Shown: one piece after another, positions 24,460-37,257 of the stretch | How positions within the stretch are numbered: the stretch's first letter is position 1 | Layout of the letters: each line of letters begins with the position of its first letter | Source of the DNA: Octopus vulgaris | Taxonomy: Eukaryota | Assembly (NCBI GenBank): GCA_951406725.2 | Contig: OX597836.1 | Location: 20,150,001-20,214,000, forward strand | Reading direction: 5' to 3' | DNA: 64,000 nucleotides | The notes under the pieces: generated by a model | Told to the model about the DNA's origin: nothing | What the model saw: only the letters and a program-made list of their open reading frames with translations | Database searches by the model: none | Position numbers and translations under genes: made by a program

Positions 24460-25400
24460 GTTTATATTGTTTCAAAAAAAGTTTTTTTTTAAAAAAAAAG
24501 ATCTCACATTGGATTGCTGTGGGTCAGACGTGGATTTGAGCCATAGGCCACAATTCAATGATTAAAATTTTCAGTGTGTGAATTTTGGTAGTGTAATAAA
24601 CAATTGAAGGCACATGGCCAAGTGGGTCCAGTTCCCAGACTGGGCAGCACATTGTGTTCTTGAGCAAAACACTTCATTTCACATTCCTCCAGTCTCCCTT
24701 TTCATCAGCGGGGAATGTTGGCCGGCTTACCTAACCAGCGGAGTTGCATCATTTGAAGGCTAAAATGATGCAAAAGTGCATGGTGACCAGCGATGTGTAA
24801 CAACATCTGATAGTCTAATCAATCATGTGATCACATAAATAGACATTTGTGTCTATTTTCAGAATGTAATTGGCCTAATTACCTATAACTGTTGTAATGA
24901 TACAGGGTGCCAAAATCTCTAAAAATCTTGCATTTTGGAATTTTTTTTTTTCAACATCTATAAGTATTTCGTTATTATTTATTTGAAATCTTGTACATGC
25001 AACCTACTAAATTACAAAGGTTTAAATTTAGCCAAATCCTCAAATTCAGCTCAGCCTCCTATTTTGAATGTCCATAAAATCAGAACCATACATAGAAGTT
25101 GAAATTTTCAGAATCAACTTGGTACAAGGACTACTTGACTCAGAAAAAATTTCAAGCAAATTTGAAAGAGACTATCTTTTAAGTTTGCTTCCAAATGAAT
25201 AGGACTACCCTCAGGGCCTTTTGGATATTTTTTCTGTGGAGTCCACTCTGTTGCAAGTATTTGGAACTTGATCTCAGGTCTGAAAATAACTTCCTTTCCT
25301 TTTTTCTGCCTACCAGTCACTGAAGCCCTGGAAAGGCTCAGTGGTGTTATATCCCTTCCTTTTACTAAGATATAAAACAACAGATAGCCACGCACACATT

Positions 25401-25625
25401 CTCGCTTTCTCTCTCTCTCCTTCTCTCTGCCTCTCTTGCTTTCTCTCTCTCTCCTTCTCTCTGCCTCTCTTGCTTTCTCTCTCTCTCCTTCTCTCTGCCT
25501 CTCTTGCTTTCTCTCTCTCTCCTTCTCTCTGCCTCTCTCTCTCTCTCCTTCTCTCTGCCTCTCTTGCTTTCACTCTCTCTCCTTCTCTCTGCCTCTCTTG
25601 CTTTCTCTCTCTCTCTCTCTCTCTC
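25401..25625. repeat. Pyrimidine-rich minisatellite, 34-bp unit, ~6 copies
   Basis: The unit tgctttctctctctctccttctctctgcctctct starts at 25437, 25471 and 25505, with further variant copies. Confidence 0.9.
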
Positions 25626-26523
25626 ATTTGAGCTGTACCACTAAATGTTAGCAATATCTGGCTTCAGTGAAGCTGCTATGATATTTAATGATAATAACAG
25701 CTATGCAAATAATAACATTGCTTCTTATTAAACCAATGACAATGATAATATGGTAGTAGTGGTGGTGGTGGTGTTGGTGGTGGTTATAATAAAATTTATT
25801 TATATTTTTAATTTTCTACAATATACCTACTACATTATTGTCTGTGTCAATTTCCCTGTTGTTAACCTCTTTCTCCACCAAATAATCTGAATGAGTAGAA
25901 GAAGCTGGTAATGTGTTATAAACATTGTTATGACATCTGTGTTAGATTAGTTTTGAAACAAAAGGGTTCTCTGTTGGGTTTCCCTTCTCACAATACGCTC
26001 TCTCTCTTCACACAACTGTGTTTAGAAACATTCTTTTGAAAAACAAGCAAAAATATTAAAAAAAAAAAAATCTTAAATGTCTTTGTTAAACAGGTTAATG
26101 ACACTAAATCTGTGCAGATTCCCCACACATCACACACACACAGTCTCTCTCTCCTCTCTGATGTATTGGCTGTTTATCTTTGTGTGTGGGAGTTGTGGGT
26201 GTATAAAATAAAATAAAGAATATATCCGATGTTAGATTTCTGTGCCATAATATTGGACACTTCCGATTACAAATATCGGCAGGCACATTAGTCCGTTTTT
26301 TTGTTAGACTTTTCCTTCTTTCTATTTTGTTTTATATTTTAAGTTGTTTTTCTTTTTAAAATGTGTTTAGAAACACGGGCATGGCTGTGTGATTAAGAAT
26401 TTTGCTTTGCAACGACATGGTTTTGGGTTCAATTCTGTGTGGCATCTTGGGCTAGTGTTTTGTTCTGGATCAACCAATGCTTTTGTGAGTGGATTTGGTA
26501 AACAGAAACTGTTGGAATCCTTA

Positions 26524-26755
26524 AGGCGTTGAGCTGGCAGAAACGTTAGCATGCCGGACGAAATGCTTGGTGGTATTTCGTCTGCAACTACATTCTGAGT
26601 TCAAATTCTGCTGAGGCCGACTTAGCCTTTCATCCTTTCGGGGTCGATTAAGTAAGTACCAGTTATGCACTGGGGTCGATCTAATCGACTTCATCTGTTT
26701 GTCTGTCCTTGTTTGTCCCCTCTGTGTGTAGCCCCTTGAGGGCAGTAAAGAAATG
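26524..26755 (+). mobile_element. SINE family N inserted into an older family A copy, with an 18-bp TSD
   Basis: agaaactgttggaatcct occurs at 26504-26521 and 26756-26773. The host SINE A head starts near 26375. Confidence 0.9.
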
Positions 26756-27011
26756 AGAAACTGTTGGAATCCTATTGCATTTGGTGCATGCATTTGCATG
26801 TTGATATTTCGTTTGCCACCATTTGAGAGTGAAGCAATTCTGATGTTGATACTACAACCTGTTGCTCTGCACTTTTAGAAACCTATACACTAAAAAAAAA
26901 AATCCCTTGAAAAACACATGAGGGTTAGGAACAGGAAGAGTATCCTGATGTGAAATCTGCTTCATTTCAGTTTACATCCATGCTTTAAGAGCAATGAAAA
27001 GCAGATATTAA

Positions 27012-27202
27012 CCCTTTAGCATTCAGATTACTCCGTCAAATGTAATGCATATTTATTCCTTGTAGCTGTGAGATTTCAGAGATTTTGTTTGCTTTTTTGA
27101 ATGACATTATGGGCTAGGTGTGAGAGGTCAAATCTGGCCCAGTTTGAACATAAAGTGAATGGAATATTTGAGCCAGATATGGTCAGTTTAAATGTTAAAG
27201 GA
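27012..27202. mobile_element. piggyBac-type MITE family P1, internally deleted
   Basis: TTAA|ccctttagcattcag...aatgttaaagga|TTAA. Confidence 0.85.
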
Positions 27203-27660
27203 TTAAAACAAATGACAAATAAATAATTTCTGCATTTTGTGAACAATTTGATGGTGAGAGCGACAAGGAAGTGTCTGTGCCCCTCAGGCAGATATAAAAT
27301 GCTCGGCATAGTTTTTTTTTGTTTGTTGGCTCCAGTTTATGGAGGAGGGTTCTCCCTGGTGTTTACAATTTTTATCAATAAACATCAGAAAAAGTTATAT
27401 ATGTACTTACATAGACATAAGTGCTTACATACACATACTCTCATACACATGTACATTTGAAGAGCTAGTTACAAACTAGAAGTTATTTTGAAAGGGCTTA
27501 AGATGATATTATACGTTGAGAATGGTATTATCTATTTGATAAAAAGATTCATGACAAGCAATCAAATGTTCTAATCAGATAAGCGTTTGAAATGTTTTTT
27601 ATCTTAAAAACTCTTAGTGAAAAATTTAACCATATGTAATGCATTAATCAATAAATTTAT

Positions 27661-27697
<37 letters not shown>

Positions 27698-28274
27698 GTG
27701 TAATAAATAAAATATATGCATACATACAAACATATATGTACGTACCTACATCTACATGTATATATACATGCATATATAAATATATATACGTGAGTACAGG
27801 ACACCACAACTAGACGTAGAACTCAACGAGAAACGAAAACGGAAAAGCCATTTTTTACAACAGAAAAACAGAGTACAGGACATGCTACACAAGGAAAAAT
27901 CCCCAATCATCAGCTGTCGCTAGTAGACTCAAGCGTGTTTCGAAGGCAATATTTATTTATCTACCTCATGCTAGAATGGACAAATGGATGTAAAAATGAA
28001 AAAAAGAGTAATAATAATACTTGTGTATGTTGATGCTATTTCATTTCTATTTAACATTCATTTTTCGTTGCTAGTAAGGGTCTGATAAAGACTTACATTT
28101 TGATGCTGTTCCTGTTGTCAAGCTTCACCAGTCTTTCTAATAAGGGGCATTTTTTTTTTCCCATTGGTTCTCAAAAGAATGAATTTTTGTAAAGGAATGC
28201 AAAAATAGCATTGTCGTTTTTCTCAGTATCATGCGAAGATACAGAATGTAGACATTTACTCATGCATACATATA

Positions 28275-28632
28275 CAAAACGTTTTCCTTTAAGGTCTTTT
28301 TTTTCATTCGGGGGAACAGAAGGAATCACAGGGAGCAAGAATGAGGCGAATATGGAGGGTGGGTAAGCGAGGTTATGCCAATTTTGGCAAAAACTGTCTC
28401 ACACTCAAGGTGGTGTGTGCAGGTGCATTGTTGTGATGAAACCTCCACTCTGTTCCTTCATTTAAGCCATTGCAAAAAATCGATGAATAGGGGAGAAACA
28501 CTGCAAACAAAGACACACCACATGGCAGTATGACTTCACTTCACAGACTGATGCCTGAGGGTCACATCAAGTGGAAGCCTGAACTGCAACGGGCTTGTCC
28601 CAAAAGAACATTTCCAGTTACTCTTGGAAACC

Positions 28633-28637
<5 letters not shown>
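28275..28637 (-). mobile_element. Internally deleted mariner transposon relic
   Basis: Minus strand 28447-28275 encodes, with frameshifts, WRFHHNNAPAHT..VRQFL..LTHPPYSP..LAPCD..LFP.MKKDLKGKRF, matching mariner HDNAPxH and YSPDLAPxD motifs. A TIR-like taaggggtttccaagagtaactggaa abuts (TA)n at 28637. Confidence 0.85.
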
Positions 28638-28677
<40 letters not shown>

Positions 28678-30210
28678 CACACACACACACACTGTGAACT
28701 TCTGTACAGTTTCCATCCTCCAAATCTCTCTCAAAAGGTATTGATCAATCTAATGTTACAGTTGAAGATGCATATGTACTCAGTGTTGTGCAGTGTGAAT
28801 GAACTTTGGAACCACTTGAGCTTGCTAAAGGAACTTCTTAAGATCACAATGATGCATGCATCCACCCTCTCCAATCCCAAACATTCTGCCCTACCCTATC
28901 ACTCCCACACTCGTTAGAAATCCTGCTTTTTTGGCATGGTGGAGAGTCAGATATTTCTTGAGCAAAAGTATCTCAAAAAAACATGTCAACTAAGTTGTGT
29001 ACAGAAGTTGTTGCAAGAGGTGGACAAATGATTTTTATTTGCTCTTATCTCTCTCTCCACCCTGGTCACCCCTTACTTACACTTGTTTGCTCTGGCTGAT
29101 GATGTTAGATAAATCATATTCTGTTTATTTCTATTTATTTTCTGAAATACCAACATGTTTCTTGGCATCAGTCATTTCATTCCTCCAGCCATCCCACTTC
29201 AAATACCAGCATGTTTTTCTCTCTGTCTCTGCTCCTATTCCTGCCTGCTCCTCCCTTGTAGCTTTCGATTCTTTTTCTTTTTTTTTTATATGTCCTATAA
29301 AAATATTTGAATTTAAAGTTTAAAAGCAAAAAATGAAAGAAAAAAGAGACTGAAAAAATATCTGCAAGGAGAAAATATTCTTCTCTACTCCAAAGTGAAG
29401 AGTCTTTGCTTCTAATCCAGCCTTTTACAACTGGGATCTAACTTGAAGGTTAATCACGTAAGATTGATTGAAGGAGAGAGAGAGAGAGATGTAACAATGT
29501 TTGAGAGTTGTTAGTCACCCATTTAACAAGCTCAGATATCAGTTAGGAGAAAATAGAGTCTGTTAATTATGGTAAATACGTAGGTAGGCAGGCAGGTAGC
29601 AGCCATTCCAGTCAAATACTTATTCACGAGCACACCAAGAGTGCATCCACATGGTTGCTCAACCTGCTAGAAATACTAAGTAAATCTCCCTTAAATCGCA
29701 CTCTACCCCTTTGAAAAAAATGAACGATGCAAGGGTAGCCAAAAATATGCAAAGACCTCACTATGATTGTGGCTGGAATAGCTTTGATCATAGGACTGCT
29801 TATTCAGAACTGATCTAGTATTAAACAATGGCAACAATGACTATCACTGATTCAATAGATGAGCTTCCATGCAGTGATTTGATCTGCTAGAAATAGCAAC
29901 CAAGTCTCATTCATCATATTCTGCTATCTTTAAAAAATGGAAGGACACATTGGATAATAATATGGTTCTAAAGAACACTGCCTTGAATGATGGGATGATC
30001 ACAGACAGACTGCTTTTAGATCATAAGCATGTTGGATTAAGGTTGATCTGGGGCTAAGCAATAACAGTAAACGCATCACACCAGACATTATTTTTCCCAT
30101 GTATTCAACCAAGTACACCCTAAATCTAAGAAAAAACTGCATCATACCACAGAATTTTCTTGAGCAACTCCTAAATATTGGTGGATACTCTTAGCTGTAG
30201 CTTGGATGTT

Positions 30211-30450
30211 GGACATTGTCAACTGCTGCTCTGTTAGTTGACACCATTATCTGGTGATGGACATTGTCATCTGCTGCTCTGTTAGTTGACACCATTATCT
30301 GGTGATGGACATTGTCATCTGCTGCTCTGTTAGTTGACATCATTAACAGGTGGTGGACATTGTCAACTGCTGCTCTGTTAGTTGACACCATTATCAGGTG
30401 GTGGACATTGTCAACTACTGCTCTGTTAGTTGACACCATTAACAGGTGGT
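30211..30450. repeat. 48-bp minisatellite x5 with an internal inverted repeat; degenerate ~28-bp units continue to ~30860
   Basis: Units start at 30211, 30259, 30307, 30355 and 30403: ggacatTGTCAACTgctgctctgttAGTTGACAccattatctggtgat. Confidence 0.93.
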
Positions 30451-30920
30451 GGAAGCCAACAATTGTGGCTCTGATGGGGAACGTTGTCAAATGAAGCTTT
30501 GCTGGTATATATCATCAAAAGAAACTTTGTTAATTGATACCATCAAATGAAACTGCTAGTGGATATCATCAAAAGAAGGTTTTCTAAGGGACACTTATCA
30601 ACTGCTCATAGATATCTTCTGTTAATTGTATGTCTGCCAATGAATGTTTCCTGTCAACTGCAAATTTGACCAATAGCTACATTCTGTCAAATGTCGCTCT
30701 GCCAGTGGATGCTCACCACTAAATGCAGGTTTGCCGATAGAGGCTTATCTTTAGTTGCTGATCTGCTAGTGGAGACTATAAATTGAGGCTTTTTAGATAA
30801 AAGCAGTCAACTGAGACTCTGATGGATGCTATCAACTTCATTCTGGTGCAGTAGATGATAAATGACCAGCAATGTTTGTAGAACTATGCTATTAGTCAAT
30901 GGTCATCTTCCTCTTTGGAA

Positions 30921-31140
30921 CCCTTTAGCATTTAAACTGGTAATATCCAGCCCAAATATTTTAGCTGTTTTATGATTAGACCAGCCAGATCTGGCCTCTC
31001 ACATCTAATCTACAATGCCATTCTAAGAATATACAACCACATCACAGAAATCTCGAAGGCACAAGATAATGCAGGATTAATTCAAAACAATGTGAATGAA
31101 TAAACATAACATTTGGCAGAGTAATCTGAATGCTAAAGGG
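30921..31140. mobile_element. piggyBac-type MITE family P1 (220 bp)
   Basis: ccctttagcatt...aatgctaaaggg|TTAA; the left TTAA is mutated. Confidence 0.88.
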
Positions 31141-31999
31141 TTAAAGACAGTATGGTGTGATTTGAAGGACATTTGGTTGTTACTTCTAGCAGTTCAAGCA
31201 ACTGCTCGGAAGATACCTCGTTGGTTTATTTAGAAAGAGAAAGGTGGAGAGACAGACAGACAGACTTGTGTTACAAAAAACTAGAAATACTGGTAAGTGT
31301 AGTGTTGATAATTAGCCAAATTCTGAAAATAGTTGCTAAATGAAGCTGTGTGATTTTAATGTAGGGCTTTCTTCTGGTCCAGAATGTATTGGCTGCTATT
31401 TCTGGAAGGTCAAAACTCTTATTGGCTTTGTCACTGGCCTGCTTGTTGCTGGCCCAGATTCAGCAAATTTATGATAAAAAGAAAAACATTCCAGCTATGG
31501 CCAACCTGTCTTTTTTCTTCTCTCAAGAATCATGTATCTAATGCTAAAGACTGAAAGAAGCCCATCGTATATGTATATATCTATGTGTGTGTGTCTTTGT
31601 GTCTGTTTATTCTCCCATCATTGCTTGACAACTGATATTACATCCTCATAACTTAGTGATTTAGTAAAAAGAGACCAATTGAATAGGTACTAGGCTTAGA
31701 AAGAATAAGTCCTGGGGTCAATTTCTTCGACTAAAAAACCTGCATTCAAAATGACTGAAACAAGTAAAAGAATAAAATATACACAAAGTAAGTGCATAAG
31801 TGCAAAACAAGGTGGAATAATTGGTACTTGAACACCAAAGATAGAGTAATATGCTGTTTATTAAAGCTGGAAAAATTTTCACTAACTGTTACTCAGTTTC
31901 ACTTCACTATTTATCAAACAGTTGTGATCATACTCTATGTACAATCAAAACTATCTGATGAACTTGAAACTGAGTGACAGTTTGTGAAGATTTTTCAGC

Positions 32000-32390
32000 G
32001 AGTGGCTGTGTGGTAAGTAGCTTGCCTACCAACCACATGGTTCCGGGTTCAGACCCACTGCATGGCATCTTGGGCAAGTGTCTTCTGCTATAGCCCCGGG
32101 CTGACCAATGCCTTGTGAGTGGATATGGTAGACGGAAACTGAAAGAAGCCTGTCGTATCTATGTATATATATGTATATGTATGTATGTGTGTGTATATGT
32201 TTGTGTGTCTGTGTTTGTCCCCACCAACATCGCTTGACAACCGATGCTGGTGTGTTTACGTCCCCGTCACTTAGCGGACCGATAGGATAAGTACTGGGCT
32301 TACAAAGAATAAGTCCCAGGGTCGATTTGCTCGACTAAAGGCGGTGCTCCAGCATGGCCGCAGTCAAATGACTGAAACAAGTAAAAGAGT
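32000..32390 (+). mobile_element. SINE family A, young copy
   Basis: gagtggctgtgtggtaagtagc...gactgaaacaagtaaaagagt. Confidence 0.9.
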
Positions 32391-32907
32391 TATATTTATA
32401 TATATATATATAGATAGATAGATTACAAGAATAATCTCTACACCACATAATATAAATATTAATGAAAAAAAAAAGTATGATTAACAGCATTAAGCATTTT
32501 AATTTTTAAATTTTTTTCAGTATTCACACACTTTCTAAATTGCATAATTGTTGAAAGACCATTAAACGAAGTGCCTTGCTGTATTTAGTTACATATCTTG
32601 TTCTGAGTTCCAACTTCTTATCTTTGGCAGTCAACTTATACTGTGGTTGGTTAGTTTACTCACTTATGTCAACCCTCACTCTCTTCCACTTCTCTACATA
32701 TTTGTGGTCTTGTATTTGTGGTCTTGTATCAATAATCCAAGAAACCATTAATTATTCCATTCTAAGATCATGTGTTTATTGCATCAGATTATATAATAAG
32801 TTAATTAGTTCCATATTTTATACTCATTAAAAGTTATATTAATTGCTTCAGAACTGTTTTTGCAAATATTTCTATAAAAAGAAAGAAATTGTTTTTGATA
32901 TATTAAG

Positions 32908-33222
32908 TGCAGTCATGGCTGTATGGTAGGAAGTTAGCTTCCTAACCACATGGTTTTTGGTTCAGTCCCACTACGTGACACTTTGGGTGTCTTCAAAATA
33001 TTACCCCAGGCCAACCAAAGTTTTGTGAGTACATTTGGTTGATGGAAACTAAAACATGCCTGTTTTGTGTGTGTGTGTGTGTGTGTGTTTGTGTTTGTCC
33101 CACACCACTGCTTGACAACTTTGTATTGGTTTGTTTACATCCCCACAATTTAGCAGTTTGGCAAAAAAGAACAAACCCCTCAAGACGGTGCCCCAACATA
33201 GCTGCTGCCCAATGACTAAAAC
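32908..33222 (+). mobile_element. SINE family A, old deleted copy
   Basis: gcagtcatggctgtatggtagg...gacggtgccccaacatagctgc. Confidence 0.7.
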
Positions 33223-33224
33223 GA

Positions 33225-33670
33225 GTGCATGCCATCAAAGTGACACTGGGGTAAAATATACTAAGCCCAGTATACCCATCATGACTACCAGTCTGATTAG
33301 GGTACACCAGGCACATGCATCACAACCATATGTGCGCAATATAGTGATCTCATATCAAGATAAACAGTGCATGACCTTGCAGGTGGGACCTAGTTAGAAT
33401 TTTTTCTTCAGGTTGAGTAACCCATCCCACTCAAGAGGTCCCTGAATAATGGTTTTTTAAGGATGATGAACAAAACGCCCATGTTTCCAAAGGTGAATTA
33501 TCCAAACCCCGAAGAATTCCTCTCAACACATGGATATGATGCCCCTCCCCCACTATTTCTGCTCATGATCAGAGATGCACACATCATCAGCCACTAAGGG
33601 ACATGCTCAACTGGTTATGGTCAAGCAACTGACAAGCAAATTTATTATTGAGCAGAATATTTGCTGTAGC
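33225..33670. repeat. Unclassified interspersed repeat; second copy at ~55520-55900
   Basis: Both copies share ttagaatttt..tcttcaggttg, ggtccctgaataa, ctgctcatgatcag, cactaagggacatgctcaactggtta and attgagcagaatatt. Confidence 0.75.
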
Positions 33671-34024
33671 CCTTCTTCTTCTTTTTCTTCTTTTTCTTTT
33701 TCTTCTTCTTCTTCTCATTATTATTATTGGTCAGTTTGTTTGCATTTAACTAATTGTCTAATTGATTGTTTAATTAATTGTTTGGTCAGTCATCTAAACA
33801 AAAAGACTTTGACAGACTTCATCAATTAATTGGTTAAAAGGTTAACAAATTGACATAATAATAACAATAAAAGAAGTGAAATAGAACCACTGTGTCTTTA
33901 TTATTAACAAACTGACCCTCCAAGAGACAACAAAATTTGTTTCAACACACTACTTCAAATGAAGAATCTTGCAAACCAAATACAAAAACATTTTATTTAA
34001 ATGATTTTTCTTTTTCAATTTCAG

Positions 34025-34141
34025 AAACTCTTGTTAAACAATTCAAATGCAAAGATGGATATCACATTCCGTTGAGCTGGGTGTGTGATGGCGAGAGGGA
34101 TTGTCTTCACGAGGAAGACGAACTTGCAGATGAAGAGCAAT
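34025..34141 (+). CDS. Internal coding exon (117 nt, phase 1-1) encoding an atypical LDL-receptor class A module of an unidentified host gene
   Basis: Acceptor ttttcttttcaatttcAG ends at 34024 and donor GTATGT starts at 34142. Translation TLVKQFKCKDGYHIPLSWVCDGERDCLHEEDELADEEQ fits the LDLa pattern F-x-C-x-x-G..I-x-x-x-W-x-C-D-G-x-x-D-C-x-x-x-x-D-E. Symmetric phase-1 exons are typical of LDLa modules. Confidence 0.88.
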
Positions 34142-34334
34142 GTATGTTGTATTCATTTAAAGATAATATCTTCTTTGCATGATTTCTCTGGTTTTCAGTC
34201 ATTTTTGGCTACTGTTGCATCAAACTACTTCTAACTGTTTCTTGTCAATTTTTACTAAGTTAGTAAACAGCAGTTGTCCCTCTAAATATATTACTGACTT
34301 CATGAACAGGAAGTCAAAGTAATTTCCTATATGT

Positions 34335-34371
<37 letters not shown>

Positions 34372-34495
34372 GTATGTGTATATGTGTATCCACATGTTAA
34401 CATACATACACATGCACACACATATGTGTGTATATATAAACAAACAAATATATCTGTGAATATATGTGTTTACATAGATATATGCATACATATGG

Positions 34496-34715
34496 CATAC
34501 ACATAATATACACATGCATACAAATATACATACACACACATACATACATAGATACATTCAACCACACACACATACACATAATATACACATGCATACAAAT
34601 ATATACCCACACATACATACATAAATACATTCAACCACACACACATACACATAATATACACATGCATACAAATATATACACATACATACATTGATACATT
34701 CAACCACACACACAT
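34496..34715. repeat. ~74-bp higher-order repeat x3 built from CA/TA microsatellite
   Basis: ataatatacacatgcatacaaatata..gatacattcaaccacacaca starts at 34503, 34578 and 34651. Confidence 0.85.
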
Positions 34716-34965
34716 GGATGTGTGTGTGTGTGTATGTGTATATATATATATATATATATATGAATGTATGTATATTCTGTTGACCATTTTGTTATAGTGG
34801 AAGAGAGAGTACATTGGTGTTCAACTCATTTAAACATATGAAGCTAAACATTTATACACACTTGATAACTGTATATAAATAAATTACTTGTATCGCTTTA
34901 ACACATCCTTACAGATTTATTTCAGACATTTCATATATACACACGCACACGTGCACACACACACG

Positions 34966-35000
<35 letters not shown>

Positions 35001-36061
35001 ACAGCTTGGTTGTGAAGACTGCCTTACCGTGATATGAGGCATTATTTATATACAACATATGTGTGTGTGTGTATATATGTATGTATATTTATACATACAT
35101 GTGCTACACACTCATATAGATACACGTGTGCTACATATATATATATATATATACACACACACATACACACACACACACACACATATATACACACATACAC
35201 ACACAAATGTACACACATACACACATGTACATACATAAATACATACACACGTGTGTGCATGTATATATGTATCAGATGTTTAGTGACTATGTTTAAATCG
35301 GTTTATCATTTCCCTCTTTCTTTTCTCTCTCTCTTGCTCTCTCTCTCTCTCTCTCTACCATATTTGTTCATTAACAGAATTTTCAACAGAATTTTCACAT
35401 ACCGAAAAAATAAAATTATTTTATGATTTCCCCTAACCGAAACAACTGTACAAACAACACTGCTGGAACTAAATTGAATTTTAACATCGTTTAATTGTGA
35501 AAAACAAAAAAACAAAAACAACACCCCCTCCTTTCTTTGACTTCTTTTAATAATTTATTAAAAAAAACAAAACAACCCCCCTCCTCAAACTCCCCACTGA
35601 CTTGATCAATTAACTTTTTAATCATTTTTTGAATTTCATGGTTGATGAATCTTTTGTATTGTTGTTTCATGTTAATATTTCTTTCTACATCACTGCACGA
35701 TAATTTCTCACAACATCACCTCCGTCTCTGGTCCTCTACATGGACACTGCTATGTGTTTTCGTGTTCTTGTCTTCATTTTGTTTTTTAACATTTTTTTTC
35801 TCTATATTATTAAGATTATTATTTTATTTCGAAGTTAAAACTAACAACCTGATAAACTTGATTTCTGTACTAAAAGGAACTCTGTGAGGTGGGGGAACTT
35901 ACCTATTCATTACAAATATATATTTGTGTTATTTGAAAAGCCAAAACAATGTGAGCTACTGAACAAAATCAATGGTTTATACTTTTCATCGTATGTGTTG
36001 ATATTTCGAGGTGAAGAGCCCCTCTTCATGAAAAATAAAGCCAGCTTGCACACTCTCTCTC

Positions 36062-36445
36062 TTTACTCTTTTACTTGTTTCAGTCATTTGACTGCGGCCA
36101 TGCTGGAACACCGCCTTAGTCGAACAAATTGACCCCAGGACTTATTCTTTGTAAGCCCAGTACTTATTCTATCAGTCTCTCTTGCTGAACCGCTAAGTTA
36201 TGGGGATGCAAACACACCAGCATCGGTTGTCGAGCGATGTTGGGGGGGACAAACACAGACACACACACACACACATATATACGACGGGCTTCTTTCAGTT
36301 TCCGTCTACCAAATCCACTCTCAAGGCTTTGGTCAGCCCAAGGCTATAGTGGAAGACACTTGCCCAAGGTGCTACGCAGTGGGACTGAACTCGGAACCAT
36401 GTGGTTGGTAAGCAAGCTACTTACCACACAGCCACTCCTGTGCCT
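36062..36445 (-). mobile_element. SINE family A, young copy
   Basis: Near-identical to 24059-24459. Confidence 0.9.
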
Positions 36446-37257
36446 ACAAAACAAAAAGAAACCAGTTTGCAACACCACATTTTTTTATTTACTTTTCTTT
36501 AACCCCAAAATATCGACATAGAAAAGTATAAAACAATTAACTTATCTTATTTCTTATAATTTACACTGTTCTGGTTTTTAAAAACATATTTATATACATG
36601 TGCATGTGGCGTATTTTGAGATATTATAATTTGTATGTGTATGTGCAATGACATTCCGCTGTTACATGTGTAGTCATGGCTTGCTGTCATGCTCTGTGAC
36701 AGCATGCTGTTATATGCATACCATGTGGCTGGATGGCATCGGAAGCATACCATTCAGTGTTAAATGTATAAAATGCACACATTATTTTGCTGAGTGGCAA
36801 TAAGTGCATTTTGATTGCACCATAGTTGAATGTTTGAGGTACACTCAAGTTTTCAATTTATTTCATTCACTATTCCCCTCAGTAATAAATACTGCATCGA
36901 AAAGAGAGAGATAACATTTTATTTATTTTATTTTTTTTTAGATATCATCATTATATCATATCATATCATATATATTGTATCAAATATCTCATTCTTTATA
37001 ATGTTTCATAATATCAGTTATGTCATTTGGTTGCTATGGTAACAATCATTGGTCTCTGAATGAATGAACAACAGTTCAAAATTTAATTTGTTTCCAACAC
37101 CATTATCTCAGAAACCCATCTCTCTTACGCTGTCATTGTGGCAATAATGGTAATTGTAGAGATTGTGGTATTAGTGACAGCATCTATTTACTACAGGTAT
37201 ACCACATACCACCAATTTCCTGGTAACTGAGGGTCCTGCATCCCCTTTTAATCTAGA

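Noticed and set aside
26160-26270. Promoter-like ATTGG, TATAAATA and ACTTCCG motifs
   Set aside because: Short motifs are expected by chance in AT-rich DNA and there is no transcript evidence.
27299-27360. Signal-peptide-like MLGIVFFCLLAPVYGG as first coding exon of the LDLa gene
   Set aside because: No credible phase-1 GT donor follows, and the hydrophobicity comes partly from a poly-T run.
30211-30450. CRISPR-like palindromic repeat array
   Set aside because: Units are contiguous with no unique spacers, there are no cas genes, and the context is eukaryotic.
33550-33600. Minus-strand CTGATGA...GAAA hammerhead candidate
   Set aside because: No convincing stems, and the second family copy near 55800 lacks both boxes.
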